A DNA stretch of 64,000 bases from a virus: IMG/VR virus record IMGVR_UViG_3300010373_000040, positions 1 through 64,000 of that record, one strand, 5' to 3'. The translations under genes were made by a program, and so were the position numbers. Shown piece by piece: positions 40,641 to 49,484 of the stretch; the stretch's first letter is position 1; each line of letters starts with the position of its first letter. The notes below the pieces were generated by a model. It made no database searches, was not told the DNA's origin, and worked only from the letters and a program-made list of their open reading frames with translations.

Positions 40641-41000
40641 TTAGAATCTTTCTTTCAAAAGATTATTGTAGAACTCTAATGAGTCTTCTACTTGTTTTAA
40701 AGCCTCTTCTTTTGCTTCTACAGCTTCTTTAGCTCTGATAATACCAGAAGCATAAGCTTTACCATCTCCAATCAGTACTGTAGGATAGATAGCATTCTCA
40801 TAAGCTTCTTTAGCATCTTCTAAAGCTGATTTAGCATCTACCTCAGAAGAACTCAATAAGGCAATCTGTAGGTGAATAGCTGATCTAGCTTTGATCTCAT
40901 TCTTAGCTGCCAACTCTTCTACTTTGTCACCTTCAATTCTAGCTTTTACTGCTTTAACAAATGATGTTAGGTCTTTCACTGCATTTTCTACTTTTGTCAT
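40641..41000 (-). CDS. Coiled-coil hypothetical protein
   Basis: 119 aa, Ala/Glu/Lys-rich helices. Confidence 0.65.
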   Translation of the reverse strand: MTKVENAVKDLTSFVKAVKARIEGDKVEELAAKNEIKARSAIHLQIALLSSSEVDAKSALEDAKEAYENAIYPTVLIGDGKAYASGIIRAKEAVEAKEEALKQVEDSLEFYNNLLKERF

Positions 41001-41019
41001 TTTGTATTTGGTTTAGGGG

Positions 41020-42033
41020 TTATAAAACTATTATTTTGTTACTTGTTTTTACTTTACTAATTAGAATTGGTTGTTCATCTTGTTGGCTATGTAAATCTAC
41101 TAAATCATCCCATACAGCAATTTTTGCTTTATCTGATTCATCTAAAGGTATGCCTATACGCATTTTCATATCTATTTTAAAATCTGGTATAAACCATTCC
41201 TCTATTTTAGGAGCTGGTGTTACAATAGTAGCCCACCCATATCTATCTGACCAGATTAAACCATCTCCAAATTCAGAAACGATTCTTTTGCTACCATTGT
41301 ATATATCCTGATATATAGGACCTTTTACTACCCCCTTTAATTTTCTATTTATATTATCCCACTCTGAGAATTGAAATTCACTACCTTCAACAAACCCTCT
41401 TCTAATAGCTTCTTGAATTAGTTCTTGTTCTGTAGGTTCTTTTGAGTCTTCTATAACAATACCTTGATTTAGCACAGATTCAAAAGCAGTCTCATCTTTA
41501 GGTTTAGTAACAGAAGCTATTTCTTCTGGAGTTGCTTTTCTATAAGTTTCTTTAGGAAAACAGTATCCTGTTACAAAGGCATTATTATTTTTAATAATTT
41601 CTGCTTTTTGTAAACTACCTACAGTAAACGGTGAACCAAATGAACTTAACAACACTATATAATTCTCAGGTATTTTTCCATCTTTAACTATCAAATCAGG
41701 ATGCCCTTCTGGTAAGTACTGCTGGATTTCAAACTCAGGCTCTTTACTCTTACCTTTCTGAGCTAAATATTCAGCTTCTGTTATAAACCATTCTTTAGGT
41801 TTAAAGCAGGTAGTTAGACTAGTACCTAATACTTCTGTTTTTGTATTGTGTCCATTCACACTATAAGTGTAAGAATCTATACATGTTATTGGATAGGCTG
41901 TGTCTTTTGTTAAATCTCTTCTAAAAGATTCTAACTGGCTCCAAGATTCTAGTGTCTCTATATCTGATCTTAAATATACTATATCTCCATTTTTCATATT
42001 CTTTAGTTTAAAGTAAATAAGAGGTTGATACAT
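41020..42033 (-). CDS. Modular hypothetical protein
   Basis: 337 aa; YRKATPEEI and LIQEAIRRGF modules. Confidence 0.65.
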   Translation of the reverse strand: MYQPLIYFKLKNMKNGDIVYLRSDIETLESWSQLESFRRDLTKDTAYPITCIDSYTYSVNGHNTKTEVLGTSLTTCFKPKEWFITEAEYLAQKGKSKEPEFEIQQYLPEGHPDLIVKDGKIPENYIVLLSSFGSPFTVGSLQKAEIIKNNNAFVTGYCFPKETYRKATPEEIASVTKPKDETAFESVLNQGIVIEDSKEPTEQELIQEAIRRGFVEGSEFQFSEWDNINRKLKGVVKGPIYQDIYNGSKRIVSEFGDGLIWSDRYGWATIVTPAPKIEEWFIPDFKIDMKMRIGIPLDESDKAKIAVWDDLVDLHSQQDEQPILISKVKTSNKIIVL

Positions 42034-42065
42034 AATACCAACCTCTCTAACCTCTATTACAAATG

Positions 42066-42091
42066 AAAAACAGGGTGAATACCCACCCTGT
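42066..42091 (-). terminator. Intrinsic terminator
   Basis: acagggtg..caccctgt followed by UUUU on the - strand. Confidence 0.65.
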
Positions 42092-42099
42092 AAATCTAA

Positions 42100-42471
42100 C
42101 TATTGCACTGTATAGTAACTAGTATCATTAGGAGGGCAATATAAATCAAAGTCCCTCACTACTGTACTATCACTATTCCATAGATGATAGGATATTGTTC
42201 TACCATTAGGATAGCATTGGTTGCCGGCATTCACACTATATGAAGCAGGATTACCATAACTAATTAGAGTATCTCTATAGACCATTGGATATGGTCTAAT
42301 GATATACTCCATATTCCAATCCTGAGAATAGTTAACGGTGTTGTATGCAATAGCACATCCACTAACATTATTACTAGGCTTTGGATCATTTTTCTTCTTA
42401 CATGAAGAGAGGTTTAATATAGTAGATAGTACTACTATAAACATTACGAGCATTAACAATTGTTTTTTCAT
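42100..42471 (-). CDS. Lipoprotein (Bacteroidota type)
   Basis: Signal peptide ending LSSC followed by KKKNDPKP. Confidence 0.75.
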   Translation of the reverse strand: MKKQLLMLVMFIVVLSTILNLSSCKKKNDPKPSNNVSGCAIAYNTVNYSQDWNMEYIIRPYPMVYRDTLISYGNPASYSVNAGNQCYPNGRTISYHLWNSDSTVVRDFDLYCPPNDTSYYTVQ

Positions 42472-42524
42472 TTTTACTTAATTTAGAGGTTAACTTATTT
42501 ATAATCACAGGGTATTCTGTGATA

Positions 42525-42634
42525 GTCATCTATCAAGGTTTCGATCCTTGTAATAATAGAATTAACCCTGAAACTTCACTCATTGAGCTACTCAAGAACT
42601 ATTAAAGCCACCCTACTTAAAAGGCACTAGATGA
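42525..42634 (-). ncRNA. tRNA-like RNA with enlarged anticodon arm
   Basis: Acceptor TCATCTA/TAGATGA, D-like GCC..GGC, TAATAG/CTATTA stem enclosing 39 nt, T-like CAAGG(ATCGAAA)CCTTG. Confidence 0.45.
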
Positions 42635-42719
42635 TATCTTCAATTCAATTTAATCTGTTTTACTAACCAATCCATAAGGATTACAAAAGCTAAGAAACAT
42701 GTTAAGAATAGTATCATAT

Positions 42720-42923
42720 TTACACATAGTTAGGTACGTCATTCACTGATTCATACTTATCCATTATCTGGTCAAAATCTTCATCTAAAGGATAACCTTT
42801 TTCTAATAGAGTGACAGCATTGTTTAATTGTTCTTTTCCTAGCATTTTACCTATCATTGTGTCTCCATTCTCAATGAGGTTTATTCTAGCATTTTGCAGG
42901 ATTTCTAAGATTGAAATTGACAT
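42720..42923 (-). CDS. Hypothetical protein
   Basis: 67 aa. Confidence 0.6.
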   Translation of the reverse strand: MSISILEILQNARINLIENGDTMIGKMLGKEQLNNAVTLLEKGYPLDEDFDQIMDKYESVNDVPNYV

Positions 42924-43103
42924 AGTTTTACAAGTTAAAGATTATTGAATTACTAAACAACTACCCACATACATAGACCTATAATTGATCTTATCATGGA
43001 TATTAAAGCTTTTAGAGCCACTTTTGAAGTACTTATCCATAACCTCTGAGGTTTGGTAGTACTTATACTGTTGAGAGTTTCCGTAGATGAACATGGTTAT
43101 TTA

Positions 43104-43367
43104 CTATTTAGAGGCTATACATGCTTTAACATCACAAACATTAACATATCTGCCCCATAATGTAGGAACAGCTTGTTTATAGGTATCAATAGAGCCAGAG
43201 TTAGGCTGGTATCTACACCACTCCTTAATAGCAATAGGCTCTCTATTATCACAAAAGTATATTGTTACTAAGTATAGCTTCTTTTCAGGTAGGCTAGAGT
43301 GTATCCAGAATATTAATCCTGCTATCCCAATAACTATTCCTAGAATCCATTTTGATACTTCATTCAT
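43104..43367 (-). CDS. Membrane-anchored hypothetical protein
   Basis: N-terminal TM. Confidence 0.55.
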   Translation of the reverse strand: MNEVSKWILGIVIGIAGLIFWIHSSLPEKKLYLVTIYFCDNREPIAIKEWCRYQPNSGSIDTYKQAVPTLWGRYVNVCDVKACIASK

Positions 43368-43369
43368 AA

Positions 43370-43585
43370 CTATTCATTTAAAATGTGATTTTCAACAAAG
43401 TCAACCAACTGGTCAACTGTAATACTATTGGTATCATCCTGTAGATCATGGTCTAATAGGTATGTTTGATAGATTTTGTAGTATTCTACTATTGTAGATA
43501 CTTTTAATGGTTCTTTTACTTTAGTAAATAAAGGTTTTCTTTCTTCTGGATCTTCTTGTTCAAATCCTACAATCTGTATAGTCAT
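43370..43585 (-). CDS. Hypothetical protein
   Basis: 71 aa. Confidence 0.55.
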   Translation of the reverse strand: MTIQIVGFEQEDPEERKPLFTKVKEPLKVSTIVEYYKIYQTYLLDHDLQDDTNSITVDQLVDFVENHILNE

Positions 43586-43599
43586 AACAATAAGGGTTT

Positions 43600-43623
43600 A
43601 AAAGCCCTCAATTAAGAGGGCTT
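43600..43623 (-). terminator. Hairpin/terminator
   Basis: aagccctc-aattaa-gagggctt. Confidence 0.5.
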
Positions 43624-43713
43624 AGGTTTAACACAAATACAATTTAACAATACCCATCATAAGAGTGTGCCTGTTAATACAAATGTGCTGTCTAGTTTTT
43701 AGTTTGATTCTTT

Positions 43714-44013
43714 TCATAACATCGAAGGATAATCCATAATAATAAGTGATTGTGGTTTTGGGTTTTCGGTCCAGACATTTAGTATTCTCCATTTGTAGCC
43801 ATTATTTAAGGTTTCAACATTAATAAATGACAATGGTTTTCTACCATTAAAAGAATCAATTTCTTCTTCATAAGGCTCTGTTAGAATCTTTACAGCCATT
43901 TGTTCTCTGTATGGTACAGTTGTTCCTGCTGGATAATCTTTGCAGTCTGGATTAGTGAAGCATATTCTATAAGAGTTATCACAGGGATATACTATTTTTC
44001 CAATATTTGACAT
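43714..44013 (-). CDS. Hypothetical protein
   Basis: 99 aa. Confidence 0.6.
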   Translation of the reverse strand: MSNIGKIVYPCDNSYRICFTNPDCKDYPAGTTVPYREQMAVKILTEPYEEEIDSFNGRKPLSFINVETLNNGYKWRILNVWTENPKPQSLIIMDYPSML

Positions 44014-44091
44014 AATTTTATAGTTTAAGGTGAAACAAGTAATCCTGTAAGGTTATAAACCTTAGTCTGCTATGCACAGGATTATTAATAG

Positions 44092-44613
44092 TTAAACAGC
44101 AGAAGGGTTCTCTTTAACCCATGTCTTTAAAGAATCAATGTTCTTAGCAGGTAGATATTGACCATTATGCGCTAGAGTTTCTTTAGGTACAAGTTTAAAA
44201 GCTTCCTTAAAGTCTGTTTCAAGTCTTTTGAGTGTTTTGAAAGCTAAAATAGCTTCTGCAAGCTCACTCTTTTTCTTTTTAATGTCAGCTTTATCTGCTA
44301 GGTATTGCTTAATAAGCTCTAATACAGGTGCTTGATCTTCTTTTAACAAGTCTTTAACTTCCATATTATAATGAGAGTTTGACGGCATGTTTAAAGCAAT
44401 GTAATCCAACTCATAAGAGTGGTTAAATCTTCTTTTGTGACCAAAGTATTCAGGATGTTCTTTGTAAGCTTTCATTAAGCTTGCAGGAACTAATTTCTTA
44501 GCTTTATCTTGTATTTCTTTTTCTAGTGCTGTGAATTGCTTTTTTAAAGCATCTTCTTTAGGTTTAGATAATTGATTTGCTAGGCTTTCAGCTAGTTGTT
44601 TAGTGATTTTCAT
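44092..44613 (-). CDS. Helical hypothetical protein (possibly Nmad5-like)
   Basis: 173 aa; MKITK.. and C-terminal TLKRL..F.EA..LVP. Confidence 0.55.
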   Translation of the reverse strand: MKITKQLAESLANQLSKPKEDALKKQFTALEKEIQDKAKKLVPASLMKAYKEHPEYFGHKRRFNHSYELDYIALNMPSNSHYNMEVKDLLKEDQAPVLELIKQYLADKADIKKKKSELAEAILAFKTLKRLETDFKEAFKLVPKETLAHNGQYLPAKNIDSLKTWVKENPSAV

Positions 44614-44974
44614 ACGATAGTGATTAAATGGTTAAACAGGATTACAAAAACATTGGTAGATCCTGTATCTTTTACCTAGTAGCCTGTTAATTCAGGCCAG
44701 TCTACCAATGTTATCAAATCTATTAGCAGTAGGTCTTCATCCTATTAAGGATATATGCTATACACAGAATTGATTGAGTTTTAAGAACCAAAGTTCTCAA
44801 TAAGATATTTAAGTTCAGCTTGTGAACTATAGGTAAATACTACATTGTTTATACTCATTAGAGTGTCGGAAATGATTTTAATACTCATAGTTTTAGGTGT
44901 TTAGAGGTTAGTTTTACATTAATTCAGCTAGCAATTCCAAATTACTATCAGTTATTAGGATTGTTTGAGGCATT

Positions 44975-45322
44975 TTATTTACAAGCATCTAATACTCTGT
45001 TTAAAGCCCAATATTCAGGATTGAAATAACCATTTACTACAAATGATATGCAAGCAATAGCTATACATAAGAATATTAAATATATAATTACTAGACAGCC
45101 CATAATAATCCAAGTTGCATCATTGTCATAAGCTTCTGATTCATTAAATTTTACATGTAATTTGAATAGTGCATATCCTAACAATAGTGTGAATATGATC
45201 TGAATTAGAGAGATTGTTGCATCTATAGGTGCTTGTTTAAGTAAGATAGACCACAAATATTGTGAGGTGGTACCCATTTTAGCTGCAAGTTGTTCCAGAA
45301 GTTCTTTAGTGTTTGAATCCAT
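44975..45322 (-). CDS. Two-TM membrane protein
   Basis: LEQLAAKMGTT.QYLW..L.KQA, FNPEYWAL. Confidence 0.65.
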   Translation of the reverse strand: MDSNTKELLEQLAAKMGTTSQYLWSILLKQAPIDATISLIQIIFTLLLGYALFKLHVKFNESEAYDNDATWIIMGCLVIIYLIFLCIAIACISFVVNGYFNPEYWALNRVLDACK

Positions 45323-45333
45323 ATTTGTAAGGT

Positions 45334-45705
45334 TTAAATAATCTCAATTATATTGTATTTATAAGTATCAGATACTTTCCCAGTTATCTCACTCGTATAG
45401 CCCCCAATCTTATCTAATTTTTTGTTAATAATTACATTCATTCCTACTAATTCTAGTAGTATTTTAGCTAAAGAGCTATTAATCACCACATAAAACTGTT
45501 TAGATTTACTCTCTGCTAACTTAGCCCTACAGTATTTACCAGTCATGGATTTATTATCACAGACTTCAATACTTAATAGCTGTACAATACTATCACCCTC
45601 AGGTAAAGAGTTGGACCAACTAGCTTTCCCCACACTATACAATAGGTGTTGATTTAGCTTGGTTAACTGTATTACCTGAGGATTAGCAGTATTAGTAGAT
45701 ACCAT
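45334..45705 (-). CDS. Hypothetical protein
   Basis: 123 aa. Confidence 0.55.
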   Translation of the reverse strand: MVSTNTANPQVIQLTKLNQHLLYSVGKASWSNSLPEGDSIVQLLSIEVCDNKSMTGKYCRAKLAESKSKQFYVVINSSLAKILLELVGMNVIINKKLDKIGGYTSEITGKVSDTYKYNIIEII

Positions 45706-46056
45706 AAGCAGGATTTGAACCCTCTAAATAGTCTGTAAATTCAGTAAAGGCATCATTCCAATGCATTACTATTTCTTCATCTGTAGTATTAGAAGGAGCT
45801 GAGGCGAATATGATTTCTAATTGATTCATGGTTTTAGTGGTTAGAGGTTTAATTACGCTTCTGATATTTCTATAAGTTCTTTAACATCAGCTATTTCTTC
45901 TAGCTGACCAATGGCACCTGAGTATTGAGACTGTAAATACATTAGTTTGTATTTCAAAAGAGCTATATATTCAGAGTTTAGGATTTGTATTGTATAGTCA
46001 CTTGGTTCCATAGTGTTTTAGTTTAAATGTGAGTAATCCATAATATGTACCTGGAT

Positions 46057-46272
46057 TTAGGTGTTATTTATGGTTTTTATTAAGTTAGGATTAGTTATGT
46101 AGTCATTATTATCTCTAACTAATCTCTTTCTTTTAGTTTTAGGTTCATGTATCTTACAGTCTACCTTCTCTAGTGAAATTGTATTAGTTTTATGACTTCC
46201 ACGCTTTTCTACAAGATTATAGATGTTAGTTTTCATATTGAGTCTAGTTAACAAAATGCACAACACCAGCAA
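46057..46272 (-). CDS. Small basic hypothetical protein (start uncertain)
   Basis: ORF in a cluster of very small early ORFs. Confidence 0.4.
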   Translation of the reverse strand: MLVLCILLTRLNMKTNIYNLVEKRGSHKTNTISLEKVDCKIHEPKTKRKRLVRDNNDYITNPNLIKTINNT

Positions 46273-46809
46273 TCAGTATCAGCATAGTAATGATAGTTTT
46301 TAGTGTTACACTCAGGACACACTTTAAATGCTGGTTCATCTAAGTCTTTTGTTATAGCCTGTAGTTTGGCTATTTCTTCAAAGTGTTTATCTATTGCTTG
46401 TTGTATTTTATCTTTTACAGTTTTCATAACTATTTATTTCTTAGATGTTTAAGTATTTCTCTTATATTATAGCTTATGATTAGTAAGACAATTGTGTTCA
46501 CTGTAGCTATATATGCTATTAGGTTTAGTTCAGGTGTCATAGATTTGTTATTTACAATAGTGTGAATAGATGTTTACAGATTGATAGTTTATGCAACAGA
46601 GTTGCAATAAGATGATGATAGTAGAATGTTTTGGTGGTAATTCTCAGGATAATGTATCAGTTGTGTGGTAATTGCACCATTTAATTTTGCCAACCCACTA
46701 GTATAGCCAAATTATATTCTGTAGAAATATTTAAAAACCATAGAATATTCTGTTCACCAAATATTATTCTGTCAAAACTATTAATTACAATAGATTATTT
46801 GGTTTATAA

Positions 46810-46891
46810 ATTAACTCTCACAAAGTTGCACCTTGCTATGTCTTCAGACTTATCCCGTTACTCAATAGAGGCAAATTGGATGAGAGTTAAT
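46810..46891 (-). ncRNA. Four-way-junction (cloverleaf-like) structured RNA
   Basis: 11-bp closing stem ATTAACTCTCA/TGAGAGTTAAT with internal ATCC..GGAT, GTC(TGAA)GAC and CAAGG(TGCAA)CTTTG hairpins. Confidence 0.4.
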
Positions 46892-47007
46892 ACATAATTG
46901 CATAACCGCATAAGCAGTTTTGCACTTGACATTCATTAAAACATAGAGTACTATAGATCAATCACATATAAGATGCAATCAAACTATAGTACTATTTAAT
47001 CTAAAGA

Positions 47008-47388
47008 TTACTCAATAGATTGTAATTCATCCATACAGTCAGAGAATAATTTCTCAACAGCAGTAAACTCTTTTAATACAGCCTTATAAGTCTTTCTAGC
47101 TTTAATACTGTCATCACTGTAGCCAAACTCATAGCAGAAGTTCTTAAAATCCCCTGGATGATATTTAGTTAAGCACTCAATAATATCACAGATATTTGGA
47201 GCCTTACCTCTGAGTACAATAGCTTGACCATATTTAAAGGTGTAAGACTTTCCATTCCTACTAATTTTAACTTTGAATATAGATCTCTCATGAGAATCAT
47301 CATCAAAGTATTTACCATAAGACTCATCCAATATAGAGAGCTTTACATTGTGCTTCTTAGCAAAGTCATAATGACTGATAGTTTCCAT
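47008..47388 (-). CDS. Hypothetical early protein
   Basis: 126 aa; CLTKYHPGDF..FC.EFGY..DS.KA.K.Y. Confidence 0.7.
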   Translation of the reverse strand: METISHYDFAKKHNVKLSILDESYGKYFDDDSHERSIFKVKISRNGKSYTFKYGQAIVLRGKAPNICDIIECLTKYHPGDFKNFCYEFGYSDDSIKARKTYKAVLKEFTAVEKLFSDCMDELQSIE

Positions 47389-47416
47389 AATGTTTTATAT
47401 TAAAATGAATAATGAT

Positions 47417-47671
47417 TTACAGTTTGTTCAATACTTTATATATACCTATTAAACAAAGAATTGTATATGCTATAAATGGTATTAGCATTTTATCAGTATT
47501 TGGTATAAAGAATAACGCTATTATTCCGATTAATACCATAATAGATAGTATTGTTGTGAATAGTACTTGCAACAGCCTAATTACTATTGTTAATACATTT
47601 GTTTTTATGTCTTTCATATTTTTCATTGGTTGTCTTAAAGGATGAAAATTTAATATAAGTGAGCTATGCAA
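47417..47671 (-). CDS. Small two-TM membrane protein (start uncertain)
   Basis: Two hydrophobic helices. Confidence 0.45.
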   Translation of the reverse strand: MHSSLILNFHPLRQPMKNMKDIKTNVLTIVIRLLQVLFTTILSIMVLIGIIALFFIPNTDKMLIPFIAYTILCLIGIYKVLNKL

Positions 47672-48059
47672 AGAATATCACAAGTCTCTAAGACTGTTGG
47701 ATAATACTCAAATACATAGCTCTCAAAGCTTCTCACAAGCTTTTATCAATTTCTGCACTAATACTAACTAATATTAGCTGTATAAAATTTCCAGTTTTAC
47801 AACTGAGTTAGAAATAATAATTTAGAAAACACCCGGGGGTACTTCTTCCTTACCATACTTGTATGGGGTGGGGGTTAGGTGGTCCAACCATGTGCCTATC
47901 TGGAGGATATTTATAGAACTAGTAGGGGATATAATAAAGAACCCCTAATCAATAAACTCTAAGGTCTATACAACTAGGGGTAACTTCATCAGGCCATAAA
48001 GGACTGGTACTTTGTTCAATACTAGAGTTTTTTTCGAGATCTCTATGTAAATATAATAA

Positions 48060-48389
48060 TTATTTCTTATAAATATACTTCTTTTTAAAATCTTCAGTAG
48101 TGATAATAGTAACTGGTTCTCCTGCATTAAGAGCTTCCCAAGCCTCCTTACTCATTATAAGATCAGCTATATGGTCCTTACCAATACCAATAACTACATT
48201 TACAGATTCTACAAAGAACTCTGTTTTAAACCCTGGATTATTAATAGTAATGTTAGCTTTAGGGGAGATCTTAATCTCTCTACCTAGTCTACCATAGTGA
48301 TTAATTGAGTAGTCATAGGTCCTTGTGGGATCTGTGGATTCTAAAGTAAAGTTCTCTACTTGTATAGATTCTCTGGTTAATTTATTCAT
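48060..48389 (-). CDS. Hypothetical protein
   Basis: 109 aa with normal codon pattern. Confidence 0.55.
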   Translation of the reverse strand: MNKLTRESIQVENFTLESTDPTRTYDYSINHYGRLGREIKISPKANITINNPGFKTEFFVESVNVVIGIGKDHIADLIMSKEAWEALNAGEPVTIITTEDFKKKYIYKK

Positions 48390-48574
48390 TTCTGTATGGG
48401 TTTTAGTAATTCTAGACCTAAATATAGAAAAATATTCCCATAATTACAAAAATAAAAACACTCTACTTTGAGTATATCCAGGGAGCAGAGTGAAAGTCTA
48501 TAGGTGTATTCAGAGAAGTTTAGCTGAAACCAATCTGAATAGCCTAATACTATCCAAACTTTATGCCACAACAC

Positions 48575-48605
48575 TTGACTTTAGTAAGACATTGTCTTAC
48601 ATTTA
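48575..48605 (+). promoter_or_regulatory. Promoter with overlapping palindromic operator GTAAGACA-T-TGTCTTAC
   Basis: TTG at 48575, TACATTTA at 48598, perfect 8-bp inverted repeat 48584-48600, just upstream of an RHH gene. Confidence 0.6.
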
Positions 48606-48625
48606 TACTATAACTATTAACCTAT

Positions 48626-48796
48626 ATGAAGAAAAAGGAAGAATCAATTACAGTAAGGGTAGAAGAAGGAACTAAAGAACTTCTACAGAAGATTGCTGAT
48701 AGTCTAGATAGGGATCTATCAGACTATCTAAGAGTGGTATTTAAAGAGGAAATCAGACACTATAAAGAGGAAGGAGTATTAGATGGAACAGTATAG
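48626..48796 (+). CDS. Ribbon-helix-helix (CopG/Arc-like) DNA-binding protein, 56 aa, not in ORF track
   Basis: MKKKEESITVRVEEGTKELLQKIADSLDRDLSDYLRVVFKEEI...: alternating beta strand plus two helices. Confidence 0.75.
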   Translation: MKKKEESITVRVEEGTKELLQKIADSLDRDLSDYLRVVFKEEIRHYKEEGVLDGTV

Positions 48797-49103
48797 TAAC
48801 CCTAACTCTGAGATATTCAAAAAGTATGCTAAAGAAGCATTTGAATTAATGAAGACAGATAAGTTATGGCCCTCTTATGTGGTAAATAAATGTACAGACT
48901 ACGCCTTAGCTAGTAAGATCTTCCCAGACTATGAAGATTGGGAGTATGTAGCTTATCTAATTAACTACAAGAAAGCCTGGGCTTATCTGCAGGTAGGAAG
49001 ATACATTGGATTAGCTAAGTCCAAGGGGTTAATCTTTGAAAAACCTACTAAGCCAATACCTAAACCTAAAGAACCTAAGCAGCCTAAAATTGAATGGTTC
49101 TAA
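48783..49103 (+). CDS. Hypothetical protein
   Basis: 106 aa, overlaps the RHH gene end; Pro/Lys tail. Confidence 0.55.
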   Translation: MEQYSNPNSEIFKKYAKEAFELMKTDKLWPSYVVNKCTDYALASKIFPDYEDWEYVAYLINYKKAWAYLQVGRYIGLAKSKGLIFEKPTKPIPKPKEPKQPKIEWF

Positions 49104-49484
49104 TAATCAAGTGCTTATAAATACTTTGAAAATAAATATGAAATATAGCTTGACAGATTTGGATACCACCTTTCCAGCAATTATATTTGCACGGAGTATT
49201 TATGAGTACAAATATCCTACACTGCGATTTAAGGGAAGATAAGCTAAAGATTAGAAGAGTAGCAATAAGAGATGTATTATACTCCTGAGTTTGACCACGA
49301 GATCCGTCCAATCCATACTCATATAAATAAACTAAGATAGAATATAACTATATGGGTTTTATAAAAACTAAAATTACAAGTAGAGCGAGAGCTATAGGAT
49401 CATCAACATTAAAGTACAAGTTTTTAAAATCAAATTCATCAACCACAACTATAAATACACCGCTACATAAATTAAAATACAAGT

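Noticed and set aside
45705-45730. GGTTCAAATCC T-loop-like sequence on the - strand
   Set aside because: No acceptor or anticodon arms; lies within a small ORF.
47960-48012. CTGATGA on the - strand suggesting a hammerhead ribozyme
   Set aside because: No matching GAAA core or stems I/III could be built.
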